Below, piece after piece: positions 56,545 to 64,000 of a stretch of DNA of 64,000 bases. Position 1 is the stretch's first letter. Every line of letters begins with the position of its first letter. The notes under the pieces were generated by a model. The model was not told the DNA's origin, searched no databases, and worked only from the letters and a program-made list of their open reading frames with translations. The stretch lies in IMG/VR virus record IMGVR_UViG_3300044701_003563; one strand, given 5' to 3'. Position numbers and translations under genes: made by a program. This stretch comes from a virus.

Positions 56545-57885
56545 CTATTTTCTGTAAATTGTATCTCTAACTAAATGCAAACCCGTCCACGATCCCTTAT
56601 CTGTAATTCTATGACAAAGATCCATTATCATATATAGTCCACTTTTATTCTTACTTGGCCTTTGTGTTTTTGAATCCCCAATTTCTGGGAAATCGCAAAA
56701 AATCATATCTCCCACATGTAAAGTCAAATCTATTGCTATAGTTATATCTAATCTTATCGTTCCTAATTGATTATATCTATTTGTTGACTGCCTCAATATT
56801 TCATCCATGTCGAAATTAATTTCTTTGGATTCTTTTTTCTGTTCCCCCCAAGTCCTTCCCGTTGGCAAAGTTCCAGTATCAAACATTTTACTAGAATATC
56901 TTGTAACATTATTTTGGAAATTTATATCAGTTGCAATTTTCCAAAATTCTTTACCACCATTATTAACTATAAGATTTTGTGCCTTGTAATCGAAATCATC
57001 CTTTGAATATTTGTTCTTAAAAGGTTCAAAAGTTTCTAAATTACGTTTAAATAAAGATCCAGAAACTAAATGATCATCTAAATCTATACTTGTTTTCTCT
57101 ACGTGATTGATAATTTTTGCATCATATCCATTAGGAATTTCATTCGTATTTGATAAAATAAATTTCTTCACTGGAGCCTGAGAAAATAATATGTCTACGG
57201 ATTTAAAATAATATCCTCCAGCATTACGAACATTATCATTAGCAATTTCATAAAATAAATATCCCGCCAATATTCCTTGCCCTCCAATTCCTTCAGGGAC
57301 AGTTCTTTTACATAACCAAGTTACTTTATGAAATGGCTTTTCATTCCCACCTAAAAAATTAAAATCATTTTTTGACGCATCTGTGTATATTGATTTTTTT
57401 GTTCCTAATACATCTTTCAGAATCGTAAATACATTATCAGATATTTTTCGTTCATATTTTTTTACAACTCTTTTATCAATTAAATGATTATCCATAGATT
57501 CTTTTGAATAAAACCATGTATTAACAGAAGTCATAGTTGTACTTCCACCATTCATGGCTTCTCTAGAATTATTAGAAGTTCTTAATTGATAGTCACCTTT
57601 AAAAATTAATTTTATAATTTTACCATCTAAAAATTGCCTTACTACAAGTTCAGTTTTTTCCCCAACACTGTTATTGAATCCAGATTCACTTAATGCCTTC
57701 CCCCCACCATAACCAGTATCAATATATGCTACATTAACTCTAACTGTGCTATCAAGCAAACTTTCATATATTGCTAAGGAAATTACTCCTTCTCTAATGT
57801 CTACACTTTTTCCAGAATAATTTGAAGTTATATCAAATACATCTATTTGACATTCTCCACCCTGAGCAGCTGCATTTACTCCCAT
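56545..57885 (-). CDS. Baseplate hub/tail protein (gp27-like position)
   Basis: IYESLL...GYLFYE...YYFKSVD...LHVGDMI...SGLYMIMDLCHRI...LVRD hub-protein motifs; lies between the tape-measure-like gene and gp5. Confidence 0.6.
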   Translation of the reverse strand: MGVNAAAQGGECQIDVFDITSNYSGKSVDIREGVISLAIYESLLDSTVRVNVAYIDTGYGGGKALSESGFNNSVGEKTELVVRQFLDGKIIKLIFKGDYQLRTSNNSREAMNGGSTTMTSVNTWFYSKESMDNHLIDKRVVKKYERKISDNVFTILKDVLGTKKSIYTDASKNDFNFLGGNEKPFHKVTWLCKRTVPEGIGGQGILAGYLFYEIANDNVRNAGGYYFKSVDILFSQAPVKKFILSNTNEIPNGYDAKIINHVEKTSIDLDDHLVSGSLFKRNLETFEPFKNKYSKDDFDYKAQNLIVNNGGKEFWKIATDINFQNNVTRYSSKMFDTGTLPTGRTWGEQKKESKEINFDMDEILRQSTNRYNQLGTIRLDITIAIDLTLHVGDMIFCDFPEIGDSKTQRPSKNKSGLYMIMDLCHRITDKGSWTGLHLVRDTIYRK

Positions 57886-57886
57886 T

Positions 57887-60800
57887 TTACTGTCTTCTTA
57901 AATTATAAGAGTTGTCTGTTTGTTCAGGTTTTGCTCCTGATGATACTTTCATTTGCCCTCTAGAAGTATTCTGCTGTGGGACTGTAATATATTTAATCTT
58001 TTCTTGATAATATACTGTTCCAGATTCAAATGGATTTTCATAGTCTGCAAATTTATTTATTTGCTTTTCTTTAATATTAGATGATCCTATTTGACCACCA
58101 CCCTGCGCCTTTACAATTTTTGGTTTGCCCGATGGTTTTGCTGCAGATGGTTTTTTGGATTTATTTCCAAATCCGAAGAAAGATGAAACCGATGAAGCAA
58201 TGCTAGAAACAAGATTTCCTCCTGCCTTTTGTGCTTTAGCAATAGGACTTTTCTTTTCTTCTTTTGCTTTTTTCTTTGCAATTTCTGCTTGTGCTTTTTT
58301 CTCTTCCCTTCTTCTTGCAGTTATTCTTGCACCTTCACCACCTAATAAAGAATTAACAAACTTGTCAAAAATTGGACCAGGATCACCACCATCAACTGCA
58401 TTAACATGGAAAGATACGTGATCATAGACACCACCCTGCATACTGTCACTAGATCCAGAAGCACCCTGCCATCCAACAACTGTTCCTGCTGGGATTTTTT
58501 CACCATTTTTAAATTTCTTAAATGGTTTATTTCCATGTCCCATCATAACTTCAAACATTTTTCCAGTTCTTGGGTCCTTATAAAAATAAGATCCAACATT
58601 TCCAAATCCAGCAGAACCTTCTGCACCTTTATAAACTCTTCTTTGAGTGCCATCAACATCTATAGATTTCCTTCCAGCATTTCTTCCTCCTGGAATTTTA
58701 TCTAAGTAGACCAATTCATATGGGAAAGAAATTTCTACACCTCTATTTCCATATGGCCCACTCTTATCATTATCGCCAAAGCTTTTTCCAATTTCACCTC
58801 TTCTTCCAAACAATTCAAGGTCAGCACCAGTATCTTGACCATCGGTATTTGGAACTCCTAATCTTCCATATCTTTTATCCTTTGTTGATCCTGCAATCTG
58901 CTGATCCTTTTCAATGTCACCAGGATCTCCACCAGCTTCTGTGGGTCTTTCTCCATCCTTTGATTTTTCATCTCTTTCAAGTTTTGCTATTGCATTTGGA
59001 CTTGCATCAAATCCTTGCAACCTGCCACTTTTTCCAGTTCTTATAATTTTTGCTTCGTCACTTCTTCTCCATTGATTAATTCCCTTATCATGGCGTCCCA
59101 ATCTATTTTCAATATAATCAGCGAGTTCAGTGTAATCTCCTTTAGCCAATCCAGATTTAACTCTTTCAGAAACACCAGATGGAAGGCTTCCATAATTAAA
59201 TGCTATTGACATAAGAGGAATTCTAACATGTGCTGGAAGTTTATCTAAAGATTCTTTGCCCAATTGTTGAACAACTCTATCTTTATGCCTTTCCATATCA
59301 TGTTTTTTCAATGCATATGCTTGCTCTTTTGTAATTTTATCCCCTGCCTTTACTGGTCTTCCATTTATTTTTGTAGCACCAAATCCAATTGTCGGAACCC
59401 CCCATCCATAAATTGCATCTGGATATGCTTCAAGTCTAAGACCTTCATAACTTCCAAGTATATCTAAAGTTAAATCTTCTTCACCTTTTGATCCTGGTTT
59501 TGATTTTGATGGTTTTCCAGGTATCAATGTCTCAGTTGGCTCTGCTTCAATGTCTACTGGATCATTCCCAGGAGGGGCACCACCTCCCCCTCCACCACCA
59601 GAAGGGGCACCACCTCCCCCTCCACCACCACTTCCGCCTCCCCGAGAAGGAGACGTACTGTAATCAGTTACAGAATCAATTGTAGAGTCTGAAGACATTG
59701 TTGCTAAAGTATCTCCCCCAGAATCTTTATCATCACCTTTATAATCAAAGTGACCTCCATGAGATCCTGGGTAATCATTAACTATCCAACCATATGTCTT
59801 TCCATGTCTTCTCATCCATGGTTCTGATGTTCCATGAATATCTAAAGCGTTCCCTCCAAGATGATTTGAATTTGGAACTCCACCAACTTTCCTATTATGA
59901 GCAACACTTCTTTTTCCACTTGCAACGTCAGATCCCTTTACAGCACCTTTTGAGTCCTGCATCATTTCACCAAATGCTTTTATTCCACCCTTAGAAAGAA
60001 TTAAAGGTCTTCCATTACCATCAGTAACTCCTTTAATTGCAAATCCTCTTCCCGTTTGGGGGTGACTTGCTGGGATTACTTTTACTCTTTGATTCTTATC
60101 ATCTTCTTTTTCATCTTCCTTCTCATCTTCTTTTTCTGCCTTTGATTCTTCATTTTTGATAGCTAACTCAAGATTTGACGATGTTTCTTTTGATGAACTT
60201 GGATTGGAAGAATCAATTTCTTCTGCATGTTTTTCATCTGGATAATGCTGACTTAAATATGCTCCTCCTCTTGTTGTTTCTTGTATCCTTGAGATTAAAT
60301 CTGGAGCGATTTTATTTAGAGAAATTTTATTTTCAATTGAGTTAAGGGATTTAAAAAAATCAATTCCCAAAAGATTAACACTATCTTTATCTACGACAAA
60401 CTCACCTTCATGAAGTTGATAAGTTCCTTCCTTGGAAACAAAACTACCATGGAATGCAGATTTTAAAATATTAGTTGGATTTATTAATTTGTTATCTTGA
60501 TATGCTTGGAAATGCAAATGAGTTTGCATAAAATCAGGAGCGGATCCCAGTGGTATCAACTTACCAAGTTTTTGACCCGATTGGACTGTATCTCCTGGTT
60601 TTAATCCAGGTGTCATGTGCAAGTATGTTACTTTTAATCCACCTCCATGATCAATCGATAAGTTTGATGTATATCCAGACCTTTGATATGGATAATCTGG
60701 GGTAGAATTAATTACTTTTCCAGATCTATATGCAACTACTGGTATTTTAGGATCACCATAAGGTGGATTTTCAACAACATCAACTCCAGCATGTGGTCCA

Positions 60801-63800
60801 TAAGATCTTGGTGCTCCCCATACTTGCCCAGAATCAGTTCCTACCCTTCCCTTAGGAAGTGGAAATGTTTTAGGTCCAGAAGGTTTATTTGATTTATCAC
60901 CTGCATCAGCGTTGGATTCGGGTTTTTGGGGTTTTCCTGGTTTTATAGTTACATTTACTCCAAGAGATGGAACCTCAGCAACTGGTGGATTTTTTCTTCC
61001 GTATGCTATCGCAGCTGGTCCAGCAAAATAACCAAATCTGTGTCCATGTCTTACTATAAAACTATGTCCAGAAGAGGGCATACCAATACTTGTTGCCCAA
61101 AAATCTGTTCTTCCACCAATAAATTCTTTTGCAGATTGCTGCAATCCTGGATTCTTTATATTTTTAGATGCTTCTTCTACTATTTTTTTACCTCTTCCTT
61201 TACCATTTTTATGAGACTCTACGGCTTTTATAGCACTTTCTTTATCAACAATTGCTGCCCATAATGCTGGGTTACTTTCATGAACAGGTGAATACTGTTT
61301 TGGTGCTATAATATGTCCTTTAATAGTATTAGAAGATTGCCCAAAATTTAATTTTGATAATAATCTGTTATAAATTGACTGAGCAACATCTGCTTGTCCT
61401 TGAGGATTTCCATTTTCAAGAGAAGCAATAGCAGCAAGAGCCCAAAAATCTGCTCCACCACCAGATACTTCAACACCTCTAGATCCAGCTCCAGCTCCAG
61501 ATTTAATATCACCAACAACTTCTGTCGCCGATGCTAAAGACATCTCTCGTAAAGTAGCACCGCTTGAGGTTACTTTAGTAGTTCCAGTAGAAGAATCTGT
61601 GGATGATCCTTTCTTTAATTGTTTAAAGTATCCTTTTATCATCTTGCGGAGTTTATTTCCTCCACTATTGTTTTGGTCAGATTGTTGAAGTTTATCTAAA
61701 TCCCATCTCTGTGGTTTTCCAGAAAGAATTCCAGTACTAGTTCCAAATCTTTCCCATTCTCCATGAGTTCTTACATTAGAATCAATTGTAGATTCGTCCC
61801 ATCCCCAAGCAACTGCTAATCTTGCTGCTTCAAGTGCCATAGCACTTACTTGGGCAGATGTTGGGGGGTACTTTCCAAAATTATTTGGGCCCGTCCCTTC
61901 TCCACCCATTGCAGCAATAGAAAGACCTACCGAATTTGTATTTCCTCCTCCAGTATGCGTTCCCTTATCTTCACCATAAGGTGTGTATCTAACAGCACGA
62001 CCATCCCCCAAAAATGTAGTGTGATAATTACTAAATGGAGTAGAATACGATCCTGCGGTCCAATGTAAAAATATTTTTCTACTTTTATTTCCTTTGCCGC
62101 CATTAAATCCAGATGTTGTTTTTACAGGAGCTCCTCCAGGTTGTCCATGGGGAGTATCATCGTAATTACCACCAGAATCATCTCCAGGTGTTACTTCAGC
62201 ACCTCCACCAAAATTTGGATCACTTCCTCCACCACTACTTCCACCTCTAGAGTCATCAACACTTTTTTTAGAAATAGAAATTTTTGATCTTAAAATTTCT
62301 TTTCTAATATCAGTTAATGCATCATTTGCACCCTTTTCCATTATAACTGACAAAGTATCTGAAACTTCCTCTACAGACTTTTCAGTAAATCTTATGTTTG
62401 TAAAATCTTGATTTACAGTTTCTGCAATTCCACCTGTTGCCAATCTCTGAACTTCTCCACCCACATCTGAAACAAGATTCAAAGATTTTGTAGTTGATAA
62501 TTTTTGAGCTAGAAAAACAAGTCCTTTAGAAATTCTTGAATAAAAAGATTTGTCTGGTTTTTGTCCCATCGCAATATCAACTGAGATGCCCATCAATTCA
62601 CCTACAAATGGAATTTTTTTGAAAGTAGATGAAGTATCTTTTAATGATTTTAAAGCACCACCAGATGGTCCATCTATAGTTGGCTCAGATTCTTGTGTTT
62701 GTTGAGGTTGTTCTTTACTTCCCCAAGTAAAAGGATTCCACCAAACCATTTGATTGTTTGATTTAATACCTTCAGTACTTCCTCCCCCAGTACCTTTCCC
62801 TGCTCCAGTTGGATCTGGGAAAAGTTTTGATATTTCATTATAACCACCAACATCTTTTCCTACTTGTGTTTCTTGTGGTTTTTGTCTTGTCGGTCTTATA
62901 ACTCCACCGTTCTCATACTTTCTAATTATTCCACCAAGACTGTATCCAGCATTTGGAATTGTTGGTTCCTTTGGAACTGCTTTATTTGCCCCAGTAGCTT
63001 TATCTGCAATACCACTTGCTGCCCATGCACCTGCACCAGCACCTATTGCCCCGCCTATTATACCACCTAAAACAGTTCCAAGACCTGGAATAATACTTCC
63101 TATTGCTGCTCCAACGACTGCCCCACCTTTGGCACCAGCAAGTGCTCCACCAACTCCAGCAGCAGTTCCAACTCCAGCTTGTAAATTACTTTGTCCAGAT
63201 GCTTTTCTGCTGGTAAAATCCCATGCTGCCATTGCTACAGCAGCAATTGGTCCAGCAGCTTTACCTAAAAACTTTCCAGCTCCCTTTACAAATTGCCCAC
63301 CACCTTTTCCACCTACCTTTATCGCAAGTCTCGTAAGTGCTCTTCCACCACCCCTGGCAAAAATTCCTCCAGTTGCTTTATTTGCAAAAGATGAAACGCC
63401 TTTTGTTAACCTTTGAGCAACTTTTCCTCCTCCCTTTCCTCCTAGTTTTATTGCTATTCTTTTTATTGATCTACCGACTCCTCCCTTAAGAACACCCTTT
63501 GCCCCTCTCGCTGCTTGAGCACCTCCTTTTCCTTTGTTGCCTTTTTTAAGAAAATCAAAAATATCAAATCCCATATCACCAGCAAGCATTGCTGCCAATA
63601 TGGTAAGATCAATCATCCTATTAAATTTCTTCTCAAAGTCTTGAATTTCTTTATCAGTTCTTGCTCCCGATATTACTGCTAATGTTTTTGTTAAACCATT
63701 AACTAACCTTATTCCACCAGCTACAAATTTAGTTAAAATATTTGCCAGTCCGCCAAAGACTTCCATGGCAAAATATGCTACTTGCATAATCTTGCCAAAA

Positions 63801-64000
63801 GTTTTTATAAGTGCGGGAACTAATGGAATAATTTTATCATATAACCAACCCAATGTAGTGAAGAAAATAAATCTCTTTACTATATCAAAAAGTGAAGTTT
63901 TTGGTAAAGATTTAGAGAGATTTTCTTTTACATCAAACTTTTTGGGGGATTCTAATTTTTCTTCTTGCGATTTAAATCTTTCCCTTTCAGCATCCGTTCT
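57887..64000 (-). CDS. Tape-measure/hub-like protein with six peptidoglycan-hydrolase-like domains; 5'-truncated by the window
   Basis: Frame stays open from 64000 (RTDAERERFKSQEEKLE...). Gly/Ala hydrophobic segment, then amidase, SleB-like, M23, M15, GH24 and a second M23-like motif set. Confidence 0.8.
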   Translation of the reverse strand, partial: RTDAERERFKSQEEKLESPKKFDVKENLSKSLPKTSLFDIVKRFIFFTTLGWLYDKIIPLVPALIKTFGKIMQVAYFAMEVFGGLANILTKFVAGGIRLVNGLTKTLAVISGARTDKEIQDFEKKFNRMIDLTILAAMLAGDMGFDIFDFLKKGNKGKGGAQAARGAKGVLKGGVGRSIKRIAIKLGGKGGGKVAQRLTKGVSSFANKATGGIFARGGGRALTRLAIKVGGKGGGQFVKGAGKFLGKAAGPIAAVAMAAWDFTSRKASGQSNLQAGVGTAAGVGGALAGAKGGAVVGAAIGSIIPGLGTVLGGIIGGAIGAGAGAWAASGIADKATGANKAVPKEPTIPNAGYSLGGIIRKYENGGVIRPTRQKPQETQVGKDVGGYNEISKLFPDPTGAGKGTGGGSTEGIKSNNQMVWWNPFTWGSKEQPQQTQESEPTIDGPSGGALKSLKDTSSTFKKIPFVGELMGISVDIAMGQKPDKSFYSRISKGLVFLAQKLSTTKSLNLVSDVGGEVQRLATGGIAETVNQDFTNIRFTEKSVEEVSDTLSVIMEKGANDALTDIRKEILRSKISISKKSVDDSRGGSSGGGSDPNFGGGAEVTPGDDSGGNYDDTPHGQPGGAPVKTTSGFNGGKGNKSRKIFLHWTAGSYSTPFSNYHTTFLGDGRAVRYTPYGEDKGTHTGGGNTNSVGLSIAAMGGEGTGPNNFGKYPPTSAQVSAMALEAARLAVAWGWDESTIDSNVRTHGEWERFGTSTGILSGKPQRWDLDKLQQSDQNNSGGNKLRKMIKGYFKQLKKGSSTDSSTGTTKVTSSGATLREMSLASATEVVGDIKSGAGAGSRGVEVSGGGADFWALAAIASLENGNPQGQADVAQSIYNRLLSKLNFGQSSNTIKGHIIAPKQYSPVHESNPALWAAIVDKESAIKAVESHKNGKGRGKKIVEEASKNIKNPGLQQSAKEFIGGRTDFWATSIGMPSSGHSFIVRHGHRFGYFAGPAAIAYGRKNPPVAEVPSLGVNVTIKPGKPQKPESNADAGDKSNKPSGPKTFPLPKGRVGTDSGQVWGAPRSYGPHAGVDVVENPPYGDPKIPVVAYRSGKVINSTPDYPYQRSGYTSNLSIDHGGGLKVTYLHMTPGLKPGDTVQSGQKLGKLIPLGSAPDFMQTHLHFQAYQDNKLINPTNILKSAFHGSFVSKEGTYQLHEGEFVVDKDSVNLLGIDFFKSLNSIENKISLNKIAPDLISRIQETTRGGAYLSQHYPDEKHAEEIDSSNPSSSKETSSNLELAIKNEESKAEKEDEKEDEKEDDKNQRVKVIPASHPQTGRGFAIKGVTDGNGRPLILSKGGIKAFGEMMQDSKGAVKGSDVASGKRSVAHNRKVGGVPNSNHLGGNALDIHGTSEPWMRRHGKTYGWIVNDYPGSHGGHFDYKGDDKDSGGDTLATMSSDSTIDSVTDYSTSPSRGGGSGGGGGGGAPSGGGGGGGAPPGNDPVDIEAEPTETLIPGKPSKSKPGSKGEEDLTLDILGSYEGLRLEAYPDAIYGWGVPTIGFGATKINGRPVKAGDKITKEQAYALKKHDMERHKDRVVQQLGKESLDKLPAHVRIPLMSIAFNYGSLPSGVSERVKSGLAKGDYTELADYIENRLGRHDKGINQWRRSDEAKIIRTGKSGRLQGFDASPNAIAKLERDEKSKDGERPTEAGGDPGDIEKDQQIAGSTKDKRYGRLGVPNTDGQDTGADLELFGRRGEIGKSFGDNDKSGPYGNRGVEISFPYELVYLDKIPGGRNAGRKSIDVDGTQRRVYKGAEGSAGFGNVGSYFYKDPRTGKMFEVMMGHGNKPFKKFKNGEKIPAGTVVGWQGASGSSDSMQGGVYDHVSFHVNAVDGGDPGPIFDKFVNSLLGGEGARITARRREEKKAQAEIAKKKAKEEKKSPIAKAQKAGGNLVSSIASSVSSFFGFGNKSKKPSAAKPSGKPKIVKAQGGGQIGSSNIKEKQINKFADYENPFESGTVYYQEKIKYITVPQQNTSRGQMKVSSGAKPEQTDNSYNLRRQ
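59574..59630. repeat. 30-bp-period tandem repeat encoding a GGGGGGAP linker
   Basis: GGGGCACCACCTCCCCCTCCACCACCA occurs twice, 30 nt apart. Confidence 0.8.

Noticed and set aside
63851-63853. TTG start assigned to the 1988-aa ORF
   Set aside because: The frame stays open for 49 more codons to the window edge, so the true start lies outside the window.

Overview
This 64 kb AT-rich window comes from a T4-like cyanomyovirus (Kyanoviridae-like, probably a Synechococcus/Cyanobium phage). The evidence is a CP12 gene, a gp5-like baseplate hub, T4 late promoters (TATAAATA) and sigma70-type early promoters. Every gene but one lies on the minus strand. In transcription order (right to left) it holds: (1) a 5'-truncated tape-measure-like hub protein with six peptidoglycan-hydrolase-like domains, a hub protein, CP12, gp5 and spike-associated genes; (2) a 2OG-Fe(II) oxygenase, a lone plus-strand glycosyltransferase-like gene, and six tRNAs interleaved with small ORFs; (3) about 40 kb of giant virion fibre/structural genes, including two paralogous 'beta-helix protein + small protein + Gly-X-Gln collagen' cassettes; (4) a sugar-modification operon ending in a five-domain glycosyltransferase. 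The most striking observation is that two virion proteins carry repeats resembling phycobiliprotein (globin-fold) domains, with both bilin-attachment-like cysteines (KCxRD and SC). These repeats are arranged as nested 'matryoshka' insertions, and a 2974-aa vWA/PA14 protein shows the same nested design. All family calls come from reading motifs by eye; no database search was run.
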